A stretch of 64,000 bases of DNA from positions 3,104,001-3,168,000 of the forward strand of contig OZ242326.1 of the NCBI GenBank assembly GCA_965208325.1. Reading direction: 5' to 3'. Below, one piece after another: positions 1-8,793 of this stretch. The translations under genes were made by a program, and so were the position numbers. This stretch comes from Candidatus Poribacteria bacterium (GTDB lineage: Bacteria; Poribacteria; WGA-4E; PCPOR2b). Under the pieces are notes generated by a model. That model did not search any database. It had not been told where the DNA came from and saw only the letters and a list, made by a program, of their open reading frames with translations. How positions within the stretch are numbered: position 1 is the stretch's first letter; every line of letters starts with the position of its first letter.

Positions 1-518
1 AAGTTCGTATGTTGGTAGAGGATCACCTCCGCGCCATTAGGTGGAAAATCTGGGCCCTTGAAGATGCGAACAGAAGAAACTGCGTCGTGAAGACCTTGTT
101 CCCAGTGGACAATATCACGCAACACTGTGATTTTCTGGCCCTGAAAATCTATATGCTCATAGCACTCGACAATCAGGGGAATCGTTCCCCATTCGGGACC
201 AACAGTCTGTAAAACCGACCCGAAACTAATCGAGGAGACGATATCTCCAAAGTCGTAAGCCATTTCATGCAAATTCGCATAAATCCCCGGCCCAAGCGGC
301 AGCTTTCGTCCTTTGAAATCGGCGTGTTCATGAAGGATGGCTTTATAATTTGGACTTGATGCAAAATTGGGCCCTTTATAGACTCTCAGAGAGGAGATGT
401 TATCTTGAAACCCAATTTCTGCTGTTGACCGGACCGGCTCGATTACAAACCCTTGTCTACCTTGGAAATCATGGTGTTGGAACACCTCAACGACTAGACG
501 TGGTATTACGACTGGCAT
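1..518 (-). CDS. beta/gamma-crystallin (Protein S-like) domain protein, 3' truncated by window edge
   Basis: Absent from the ORF track. Manual translation from ATG at 518 (GGGGG RBS upstream) stays open to the edge: MPVVIPRLVVEVFQHHDFQGRQ...QDNISSLRVYKGP...HEHADFKG...GDIVSS...YEHIDFQG...HDAVSSVRIFKGP...LYQHTN. Shows repeated Greek-key F/YxxxxFxG and DxxSS motifs. Confidence 0.85.
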   Translation of the reverse strand, partial: MPVVIPRLVVEVFQHHDFQGRQGFVIEPVRSTAEIGFQDNISSLRVYKGPNFASSPNYKAILHEHADFKGRKLPLGPGIYANLHEMAYDFGDIVSSISFGSVLQTVGPEWGTIPLIVECYEHIDFQGQKITVLRDIVHWEQGLHDAVSSVRIFKGPDFPPNGAEVILYQHTN

Positions 519-728
519 GTCTTCCCCCGCGAAATACGATTTTTCAGATTAGGTTATTCTAGTAGTTTTCACCCGACCGGTACAGAATCTAACTGTTTCT
601 CTCTTTTTCTCCGAGGCGAGGTATTCGTACCTCTCTGTTGTTTCAGGTTGAGTTGGTATCCTTTTTCCTGTTTTCCCGTAGGGAAGTTAGAATACTCCAT
701 ACAGTGATAAAGTAGTGTCATCTTTAAG

Positions 729-1553
729 CTATGATAGGTAACGTTCCATGCGCGACCTGCATTCTTGGGCGACATCCACCGGATCCCATTCCCAATGCTT
801 GGGGCTGACAAGCTCACAAGACCATATCCCATCAAACCCTGTCGATTTGACCGCACTGACCCACTCATCAATCGGAATTTCACCATCACCAGGCAGGTAT
901 CCCCTAAGCTCCGCCTCATTCCATGGAGTACCTGTTTTGTGCGCCACCCCATCGCAGAAATGAACCGAGTAAATCATTGCACTATCCAACTTTGCCACCT
1001 CGTCAGGCGTCGTACCGCCTCCAGCGTAGAGGTGCCAAAAGTCGATTACCATCGCCACGTTATCCCGTTCAGCCTCTTCAATAACCTGCAAACTCTGGGA
1101 CAGAGAGTAGATTGGCGCCCAAGCGATGGGTTCAAATTGAAACCTCACGCCGTGTTGCTTCCCAATATCTGCGATATCGGCGACGTTCCTAGCTGTCAGC
1201 TTCAATATCTCGCTCCACGGCCTCCTTTCAAGGCGGCAGAAAGCCACAATCTGAATGGTCGGGCATTGGATGGTTGCAGCGGCAATGCAGAGCCGCTCCA
1301 CTTCCGTGAGCAGTTGGCCGCGCTCTCGACCATCCACACGGTCAATGTCTCGCACTGAATTAATCATGACAGGCCGGACATCGTTGGCCTGAAAGATTGG
1401 GAGTAATTCCTCAGCTTTAAATCCTTGGTCCAAATAACGTAAAAGCTTGCCCACTTCAATTTCTAACGCCTTATGGTTAGTCTCGAAGGCAACCCGGATA
1501 TCAGTGATTAAATTGCAGTACATTATGGACACACCATGCAACGCAATGATCAT
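729..1553 (-). CDS. sugar phosphate isomerase/epimerase family (xylose isomerase-like TIM barrel)
   Basis: Motifs FQFEP, IDFWH, VHFCD, PGDGEIP and GIWSCE, typical metal ligands of the AP_endonuc_2/IolE-like family. Confidence 0.85.
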   Translation of the reverse strand: MIIALHGVSIMYCNLITDIRVAFETNHKALEIEVGKLLRYLDQGFKAEELLPIFQANDVRPVMINSVRDIDRVDGRERGQLLTEVERLCIAAATIQCPTIQIVAFCRLERRPWSEILKLTARNVADIADIGKQHGVRFQFEPIAWAPIYSLSQSLQVIEEAERDNVAMVIDFWHLYAGGGTTPDEVAKLDSAMIYSVHFCDGVAHKTGTPWNEAELRGYLPGDGEIPIDEWVSAVKSTGFDGIWSCELVSPKHWEWDPVDVAQECRSRMERYLS

Positions 1554-1931
1554 TTATTTTTCCAAGATAAATTCGCACCCCAGTCCATAAGTGATTGAAT
1601 CGTCCATAACCAACGCCGTATTGGGAAAACTGATAATGTGCCAGCCGTCGCGCATTGCTTCAATGACGGATTGATACGGTAGTTCAGTTCGATTAGATGG
1701 CAGCGGAATTCGCCTCCCATTGGCATAGAGCGACATACCCAAAACGGGAGATTCAAGCTCTGTACTTGCCGCCTGAATATAAAGAATATCCTGAACATGT
1801 CGCTCGACCTCGTCCAGCGCGTCAATGATTGTCTGCAGGTCATCACGCGTCAAACTACCTTGCGCCAGTTTATTGCGGCACTTCTCAAGTTGGTTTCGGA
1901 TGTGCGTGAGATGCGCTGTCGGTACCGGCAT
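1554..1931 (-). CDS. hypothetical protein, paralog of 2909..3268
   Basis: Shares PY.S...AMRDGW.II.FPN.AL.MD.S.TYGLGCEFILEK with 2909..3268; abuts the downstream gene. Confidence 0.8.
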   Translation of the reverse strand: MPVPTAHLTHIRNQLEKCRNKLAQGSLTRDDLQTIIDALDEVERHVQDILYIQAASTELESPVLGMSLYANGRRIPLPSNRTELPYQSVIEAMRDGWHIISFPNTALVMDDSITYGLGCEFILEK

Positions 1932-2013
1932 GAATTGCCTTGATTGGTGATAGGTTGGTCAATATCGTCAGAGGGCGACTCACATGACACGTAACCCGCG
2001 CAAATAGTACATG

Positions 2014-2853
2014 CTAAGTTAAGTCGGCGGGCAGGCCCGGACAAAACCCTCTCGCATGCGCCGCGGTTGCTGAAGCAGGCCAGGCAAGTCCGCCAATCCA
2101 TTCGTAGTTATTCAGTTCGCCGCGTAGCCATAGGTACATCCTTGCAGCATCGTGGCAGACGCGCGACCAGTCACGGCGGGGTTCTGGCGAACCCGTTGCA
2201 AAGTCTGCATTCTCCAACCTGAAATCCGGATCGATAACCCAGTCGCGCGCCGGCGCGGCGGTGCGCCAATAAGTATACTTAATCAGATTTCGAATTCCCG
2301 CTGCCGTAGCAGTAGTGGCACGGTGCCAAATAGAATAGACAGTAATAAAAATGGAACCAGCCGGCGCAGCAGTCTTGCGGGCGTCAACAATTGAATCAAG
2401 GTGTTTCATAAAATGGGAAGACATGGACAGATGGTGGGAACCTGGCAACACTTCGGTTGGCCCCATCTCAAGAGGCGTCGCTTGAGGGTAGTAAAACACC
2501 TGAAGGTAATCAACATTCGGCGCACGTTGCGAACCATCGTCACAATGCCAACCGCCGTTAATCTCTCTAGGGCAATGGACACGATGGTTGCTGATAGTGA
2601 GCGGCATTCCATAATCACGGCCGAGTAGGGACCTCACCGCACCTGCCGCCGGCGCGTTGCACAAGACTTGATCGACAAACCATGCCTCTTTCAGGAAATC
2701 GTTTGGGTTGCCTTCAGGATGCGCATCGCAAAAGGCCATGACTCGCTCATTAATCTCGTCGGGTACCACTTCCTCCAACATGAGGTAGCCATATTTACAA
2801 AACTCAATAATTTCATGGTCTGTGAGCGTGGGTTTGCAGTTATAGGTTTTCAT
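2014..2853 (-). CDS. phytanoyl-CoA dioxygenase (PhyH) family Fe(II)/2OG dioxygenase
   Basis: FCKYGYL N-terminus, WHCD (HxD), GPTEVLPGSH, PAGS, distal WHR. Confidence 0.9.
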   Translation of the reverse strand: MKTYNCKPTLTDHEIIEFCKYGYLMLEEVVPDEINERVMAFCDAHPEGNPNDFLKEAWFVDQVLCNAPAAGAVRSLLGRDYGMPLTISNHRVHCPREINGGWHCDDGSQRAPNVDYLQVFYYPQATPLEMGPTEVLPGSHHLSMSSHFMKHLDSIVDARKTAAPAGSIFITVYSIWHRATTATAAGIRNLIKYTYWRTAAPARDWVIDPDFRLENADFATGSPEPRRDWSRVCHDAARMYLWLRGELNNYEWIGGLAWPASATAAHARGFCPGLPADLT

Positions 2854-2908
2854 CTCATTCCCATAATGAAGAGTGTTTGCCCACAGACCCGATTACGGGC
2901 GTTTTAGC

Positions 2909-3268
2909 TTACTCCCATTTTTCTAGGATAAACTCGCAGCCAAGCCCGTATGTGCGTGATTCGTCCATCAACAACGCCAAGTTGGGGAATTCAATAATCC
3001 GCCATCCATCTCGCATTGCATCAAGCGGTGAGTTATATGGCCAATTGTCTTGATCCGGTGGTTCAGTAATCTGACCATCCACAACCATGGTGCAACCGTG
3101 GGCGCCTGACCCGACGGAAGTCCCTCCGGTTTGAAGGTAGAGCAAGTTTTGGCGTTTCGGTTTTGTCTCATCAAGCGCATCAAGAACTGCGGACAGGTCT
3201 GCTTCGGTAAGCGCATCCTGTCTCAGCGCTTCAATGCATTGTTCAATTTGTTGCTTTACCGTTGCCAT
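2909..3268 (-). CDS. hypothetical protein, paralog of 1554..1931
   Basis: GGAGGG RBS; conserved C-terminal motif shared with 1554..1931. Confidence 0.8.
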   Translation of the reverse strand: MATVKQQIEQCIEALRQDALTEADLSAVLDALDETKPKRQNLLYLQTGGTSVGSGAHGCTMVVDGQITEPPDQDNWPYNSPLDAMRDGWRIIEFPNLALLMDESRTYGLGCEFILEKWE

Positions 3269-3379
3269 AAAGTATTCCCTCCATATTAACTTTTACCGCA
3301 TCAGTACACTTGGTTCGACCATTGGTTAAAATTAAACTAAAATTCCAAGGTTTCAATTACTACAAAAGTTTAGACTAGG

Positions 3380-4198
3380 TTACCATTGCGGCGGACCAGA
3401 TGGAAACCCATATGATTTTTGAATTTGGTTAGCCTGCGAACCCGAATAGGGCCAAGCTTGACCGCCCATTGTGCGAAATCCGTCCCCATTGCCGCATAGC
3501 CAGAAGAACTTGTGCGCCACAAGTTTCGCTGTCCCATGTCCGCCATAGTTCGCCGTGTGGAAATCAAAGTCTGGTTCGACAACCCAATCCCGTTGGGGAG
3601 GCACTGTTCGCCAGTAACTCCACTTTAACATATTTCTTATCCCCTCGACGGTAGACTCGCCCTTGCGGTGCAGGATTGGATACATCGTAATGAAAACTGT
3701 GCCCGCGGGCGAGTCCATTAGGCGCCCTCCACGCCATGCTATATCTCGCCCTGTCGGCGCTAAATGCGAACCGGGCAAAATTTCAGTCGGTCCCATCTCT
3801 GGCGTGACATCCTTCGGATAATAGAACACCTGTAAATAATTGACTTCGGGACCGAACACCGAGTCGCCGTCGTGATGCCACCCCTGCGCAGGAGCAGGAC
3901 ATTTTGCACGGTGATTACTCATAAGTACCGGCAAACCGACATTCCGCCCGAGTATTGACCTCACAGCGCCTGCTACCTGGGGATGAAGCAGCACATTCTC
4001 AAGAAACCAATCCTCAAGAATGATTTTGCTTGGTTCTCCGGTCGGATGTTCGACTAGATATTCGTCTGTTCGCTGATTAATTGCGTCTGGAATGACACTT
4101 TCCAGTACGATTGCGCCGTGACTACAGAACTCCAATACCTGAGAGTCCGTCAGTGTAGGATCACAATCAAAAGTTCTCGTCTCTTTATCTAGCTTCAT
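3380..4198 (-). CDS. PhyH family Fe(II)/2OG dioxygenase
   Basis: WHHD, GPTEILPGSH, PAGT and LHR motifs; GGAGGT RBS. Confidence 0.9.
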   Translation of the reverse strand: MKLDKETRTFDCDPTLTDSQVLEFCSHGAIVLESVIPDAINQRTDEYLVEHPTGEPSKIILEDWFLENVLLHPQVAGAVRSILGRNVGLPVLMSNHRAKCPAPAQGWHHDGDSVFGPEVNYLQVFYYPKDVTPEMGPTEILPGSHLAPTGRDIAWRGGRLMDSPAGTVFITMYPILHRKGESTVEGIRNMLKWSYWRTVPPQRDWVVEPDFDFHTANYGGHGTAKLVAHKFFWLCGNGDGFRTMGGQAWPYSGSQANQIQKSYGFPSGPPQW

Positions 4199-4273
4199 TG
4201 TGGATCCACCTCCACTTCTTTTTTATAAACTCCTAACCGAGGTCCTCCGTATACCATTATCAATCCATCAGCC

Positions 4274-5164
4274 TCAAACCTTAATTTGGTCTTTTATTGG
4301 GCTTATCGGAAATCTGTAGAACCCTTGGGGCGGATATATCTGTGCCGAGGATCGAGGTGGCGGGTAGCCCATGGGCCAATCTTCACCGCCCACCAACTCC
4401 CGGAGTATACTCATATCCCCACACAACCAGCAAAACATCGCCGCGGCATCATACCAATCTCGGAATTGCTGCCGGGGGACGCCGCCGAAGCTAAATTGAG
4501 CCATAGCGAAATCAAAGTCCGGTTCGGCAATCCAATCCCGCTGGGGTGGCACCGTTCGCCAGTAGCAGTATTTCAACATATTACGGAGTCCTTGCGCAGT
4601 GGACTTAGAGCGGCGATGCCAGATGGGATAGGCTGTGATGAAAATAGTACCAGCCGGAGAAGCCATGCGAAGTCCCGATCGAATGTTGCCGTAGTGTTGC
4701 ATCCAACTTTGCAAGCAAAAGAGGAAATGGGAGCCGGGTACTATCTCCGTAGGACCAAGCTCTACAGGGGTATCTTGTGGGTAATAAAATACCTGCAAAT
4801 GATTTGTTTCCGGGCCAAATCGTGAGCCGCCATCCCGGTGCCAGCACTGCGCCGGTGCCGGACATTGCAGCCGATGATTTGCCACGCCAACCGGAAGGCC
4901 GAATTCCTCGCCTAGAAGCGACCGTACTGCACCTGCCGCCTGCGGATTGAGAAGCACGTTCTCAATGAACCAATCCTCCTGTCGAAGAGGTGCCTGTCCA
5001 TGCTTTTCAATGAATTCATAAACTCTCCGGTTGATTTCGTTCGGAACGACACCTTCGTACACCAAGTAACCCTGTCTGCAGAAATCGAGTACTTCCGTGT
5101 CGTTAAGTGTAGGCTCGCAGTTAGCTGTTTGTAATGCCTTCTTTCCAATTTTCACCGGCTGCAT
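4274..5164 (-). CDS. PhyH family Fe(II)/2OG dioxygenase
   Basis: WHRD, GPTEIVPGSH, PAGT and WHR motifs. Confidence 0.9.
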   Translation of the reverse strand: MQPVKIGKKALQTANCEPTLNDTEVLDFCRQGYLVYEGVVPNEINRRVYEFIEKHGQAPLRQEDWFIENVLLNPQAAGAVRSLLGEEFGLPVGVANHRLQCPAPAQCWHRDGGSRFGPETNHLQVFYYPQDTPVELGPTEIVPGSHFLFCLQSWMQHYGNIRSGLRMASPAGTIFITAYPIWHRRSKSTAQGLRNMLKYCYWRTVPPQRDWIAEPDFDFAMAQFSFGGVPRQQFRDWYDAAAMFCWLCGDMSILRELVGGEDWPMGYPPPRSSAQIYPPQGFYRFPISPIKDQIKV

Positions 5165-5218
5165 TGCTATCGGTCTCCGTCTTAAACGCGAAAATTACTC
5201 TCGTGGTTCAAAGGCGGT

Positions 5219-5247
5219 ATTATACTATATATTGAGTCATACTGCAA
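5219..5247 (-). promoter_or_regulatory. putative sigma70 promoter of the PhyH cluster
   Basis: Minus strand TTGCAG-N17-TATAAT, about 55 nt upstream of the first PhyH start. Confidence 0.5.
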
Positions 5248-5401
5248 CCAATAAAAGGATAACATCTGTGATTCATCCAATCTCAAGTAGCGTGTTAAAT
5301 TTTGCCGAAGGTGACCTTTTTACGCGTGACCGCTAAAGTACCCATGCTAAACTTGAGCAATTCCCACGAATACGAGAGGTACATTTACACGACGCCACGC
5401 A

Positions 5402-7216
5402 CTAATTCGGTTCAAGATTGCCCTCGCCCACCAGCGCATCCAAAAAGAACACTTTCCAGTGAACCTCTTCCAAGTTGACCGCCGGCGAAAGGTAGAGCGG
5501 AAACGAATAAAGCGCTCCAGACCGAACGGATTTCATTGGTACTCTCGCCGTAATCACGGATGTAACCACCGATTCACCCTCGGTTACGGAGATTAGCGGC
5601 GCCATCACACTTATCACGTCGTCTGGAACAGCGATGATATCCCAATACCTTGGATGTACGGGATTCGGCAATACAGCCAAACGAAACGCTACGTTCTCGC
5701 CTAGTCTAGTACTGTAGGCGTAAGATGTTGTCTTTTCGATTGATGAGAATGGTTCCGGTTGCACACTGGGTACAAGAATAACTTGTTCGACGGCCGTTCC
5801 AAAATTTGGAATGCTGAGTTGTGCCTTCCCATCCCCGATCAACGGCATGCGGCGAACGGCAATCGGCTGAGAAGATTGTAGTTCAATCACCCGTATTTGG
5901 TAAGCGTGCTCCCCATCAGTCTCAATAGCGATGTTCAATGATCCCGCCCCACCCACGGCTGACAGGCCTATATAGTCTGCCGCATAGGCAGCAAGCCTGT
6001 TTCCGGTAACGGCAACCGGATGAGACTGATGGTTACGGTGGAGCTGCAGATTCAGATGCTCGTTTCTATAACCATACTGGCCTTCTGCAAAATCGGAGTC
6101 GTCCAAGAAGTTCGCTATCTTCCAGTCGGAAAAGATGGTTGAAAACCTCTTCGTTACGCCGCGCGAATCTAACGCATTATTGATACCGGTAATTCCATTT
6201 CCACGCTGTTTTACAACGGCCGCGATGGTTTCTGCGCCGCCGTAATGTTCGTGGAGATACAGCATCCACATATACGCCGCGCCATAATGCGATAACTGGC
6301 TGCGAGATCCATGCGGCCAATTGACCAATGATACACTCGCATTTCGTTCAAATGGTATGACATGGTCTTCAACACTGTATCCACAGATAAACATGGCGTA
6401 ATCAGAACACCCTTCATTGACCCAAATCTCTTCGTCTTTGTCCTGCTGCCAGTGAATAAGGTGCTGAAATTCGTGCGCTAATACTCCCAACCCCTTTTCG
6501 CCTCCAGCATCTAGGGGATGGGTGTCAACATAAATCATGTCGCGCTCATTGCTATGCACCAGTGTGCCGAATTCCGGATGTCGAAGCACCCCCCGCTGTT
6601 GATCGACGGGGCTAAAAAATCCACCTATAAATCCGCCGCTGACTGTCGCGAGATCGCGAATGTCTAGTAGGAGAATATAGATTTTATCCTCACCGTCAAT
6701 GTTGGGGGGAGGTCCAAATAGTGCAGTCTCAATTTCGTAAATACCCCGCCCTAAATCGGCCGGTGTCGCGTCGTCAAACGCGTGCCGGACAGCCTCAACG
6801 GTCGCCGCATTCACAGTCTGTCCCCACTGTGAATCTTCGACGAAAATGTAGCAGAATGTTCCAACTTTTTGTAATGTCGATTGAACAACATATTGTTCGC
6901 GCTTTCTAAAATCAATTGAGAAGAAAGATTGGCGGCTTCCTACTGCCAGTTCGGGTACGCACGGTTGAGCAGGCACAGAAGTATCAACAGGCGGGTTCGG
7001 GAGAGTGATAGATTTATCGTCAGTATCTACATCTAAGACTATTTCGCTACTTACCCATACGTTCGATCGGTCATAAAAAAAGGGAGTACCATCAATCCAG
7101 CCATGAACCGTTGGCACTCCCAATACCGTGAAGATAATTGTAATATGCCGCAATGCGAAATGCGTAGAACGAGAAACGTAAAGTTGGATTGGATTTGCCG
7201 TCATTCTTCTCCTCAC
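5402..7216 (-). CDS. secreted zinc metallopeptidase (M30/M6-like)
   Basis: LAHEFQHLIH (HExxH), WVNEG third ligand, YGAAYMW; hydrophobic N-terminal segment. Confidence 0.8.
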   Translation of the reverse strand: MRRRMTANPIQLYVSRSTHFALRHITIIFTVLGVPTVHGWIDGTPFFYDRSNVWVSSEIVLDVDTDDKSITLPNPPVDTSVPAQPCVPELAVGSRQSFFSIDFRKREQYVVQSTLQKVGTFCYIFVEDSQWGQTVNAATVEAVRHAFDDATPADLGRGIYEIETALFGPPPNIDGEDKIYILLLDIRDLATVSGGFIGGFFSPVDQQRGVLRHPEFGTLVHSNERDMIYVDTHPLDAGGEKGLGVLAHEFQHLIHWQQDKDEEIWVNEGCSDYAMFICGYSVEDHVIPFERNASVSLVNWPHGSRSQLSHYGAAYMWMLYLHEHYGGAETIAAVVKQRGNGITGINNALDSRGVTKRFSTIFSDWKIANFLDDSDFAEGQYGYRNEHLNLQLHRNHQSHPVAVTGNRLAAYAADYIGLSAVGGAGSLNIAIETDGEHAYQIRVIELQSSQPIAVRRMPLIGDGKAQLSIPNFGTAVEQVILVPSVQPEPFSSIEKTTSYAYSTRLGENVAFRLAVLPNPVHPRYWDIIAVPDDVISVMAPLISVTEGESVVTSVITARVPMKSVRSGALYSFPLYLSPAVNLEEVHWKVFFLDALVGEGNLEPN

Positions 7217-7265
7217 CTTATTCCGCTCGTTCTCCCACCCTTAAACCTAGCGGTTATCTCTTCGT

Positions 7266-8774
7266 CTACCGTTCTTCACTCTCCCCATCTTCCAATCTTA
7301 TCAATTTTTCCTGTATTTTCACATTGTCTGGTTCAAGTTGAATCGCTTTACGCCAAGCTGCAATTGCTTTCTTTTTGTACCCGACCTTCAGATAGACTTC
7401 GCCAAGATGATCCTGGATTTCAACGCTGTTGGGTATGTAGCTGACAGCCTTTTCAAGATGCTCTAGCGCGGCGGTCAGTTTCCCTTGCTTGAAATATGCC
7501 CAACCCAAACTATCAAGGTAAGCTCCATTTTCCGGTGATTTCTCCAGTGCTTTCTTAATGAGTTCAACAGCCTCGTCTAGATTGGTGCTATATTCCGCAA
7601 AGAGATAACCCAGTGCATTATATCCCTCGTCACGATTGGGAGCTAGTGCAACGACTTTTCTGAGATAGAGTTCGGCTTTCTCGAAGTTCCCACGCGCCTG
7701 ATAAGAAAGTCCAATCCAATAGTTTGCATCTACGTTGTCCGAATCTTCATCTAAAACCCCTTGTAATACCTCTATTGCTTTTTCTTCATTCGACAAATAG
7801 GTATAGAGGCTTCCAAGACGAGTACGAAAAACCGTCAGCCCGTAATCGTACTTGTCTCGCTCTGCTGGATGAAGCCGGCGTAGTTCTATATAAGCATTGA
7901 TGCCTTTTAATAGATTTTCTTCCGCGATCTCCGCCGTGTTTGTTGTTCCTGACTGATTCCAAATTTGATTTTCTAGTTTTTCATATTCTGCAATATATAG
8001 TTTCCCCAGTTCTTGATACACCTGCGCCATATTTCGATCAATCCTGACCGCCCGCTCATAAGCGGATATCGCTTCTTCATTCTTCCCCAAACCCTTGTAA
8101 GCATCACCGAGTCCCTTATGGTATATCGGCTGATAAGATTCGATACGCGTCAGTTCCTTGAAAGCGTGAACCGCTGATTCATAATCCTCTCGGTTGTATG
8201 CAAGAGTACCAAGATATCGATGGGAGTCAACGAGGCATTTAACAATAATACCCCCAAAGTATACTGTAGCATGATTGGAATTGAGTTCAATCACTTTCTC
8301 GAATTCTGCTACGGCATCGTCCAAATTTCCAGTGCTATTTTTTTGCCGCAGTATTAAAATATAACCCAGCAGAAAATGGGGAGCTGGCATTTCTGGATTT
8401 ATCGCAATCGCCCTGCGGCATTCCTTTTCGGCCGCTCTGATGTTTTGCAAGTCTATCAAAAGACTCGCAAATTGAGTATGTACAAAGGCAGACTGCTCAA
8501 ATTCTCTCAAAACCTCCTCATATGCCCTTTTCACATCAGACTGTTGTTTATCGAACCTCAGGTAATTTGATCGTAGGTAAGTTGCCCAAGCTAGTTGCGA
8601 ATAAACACGGCTCGCCTTTTCATACACACGGTTTAACGCTGTGTGATTTACACCGGGCGGATCGCCGCCCATCATATCGGCCCGGGTCAAGGAAACTGCA
8701 AATACTACCAAAATAATGTAATGCGCTATACGTAAAACGTAAAACATGAGAACAGATGAGATCAATCTTACCAT
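7266..8774 (-). CDS. tetratricopeptide repeat protein (probably exported)
   Basis: Multiple TPR motifs (YNALGY, YLDSLGWAYFKQG, DHLGEVY); hydrophobic N-terminus. Confidence 0.9.
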   Translation of the reverse strand: MVRLISSVLMFYVLRIAHYIILVVFAVSLTRADMMGGDPPGVNHTALNRVYEKASRVYSQLAWATYLRSNYLRFDKQQSDVKRAYEEVLREFEQSAFVHTQFASLLIDLQNIRAAEKECRRAIAINPEMPAPHFLLGYILILRQKNSTGNLDDAVAEFEKVIELNSNHATVYFGGIIVKCLVDSHRYLGTLAYNREDYESAVHAFKELTRIESYQPIYHKGLGDAYKGLGKNEEAISAYERAVRIDRNMAQVYQELGKLYIAEYEKLENQIWNQSGTTNTAEIAEENLLKGINAYIELRRLHPAERDKYDYGLTVFRTRLGSLYTYLSNEEKAIEVLQGVLDEDSDNVDANYWIGLSYQARGNFEKAELYLRKVVALAPNRDEGYNALGYLFAEYSTNLDEAVELIKKALEKSPENGAYLDSLGWAYFKQGKLTAALEHLEKAVSYIPNSVEIQDHLGEVYLKVGYKKKAIAAWRKAIQLEPDNVKIQEKLIRLEDGESEER

Positions 8775-8793
8775 TTCAGTTTCCCTTTACACG

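Noticed and set aside
569..952. 127-aa minus ORF and other short ORFs overlapping assigned genes
   Set aside because: Overlap better-supported genes and lack motifs; treated as shadows.
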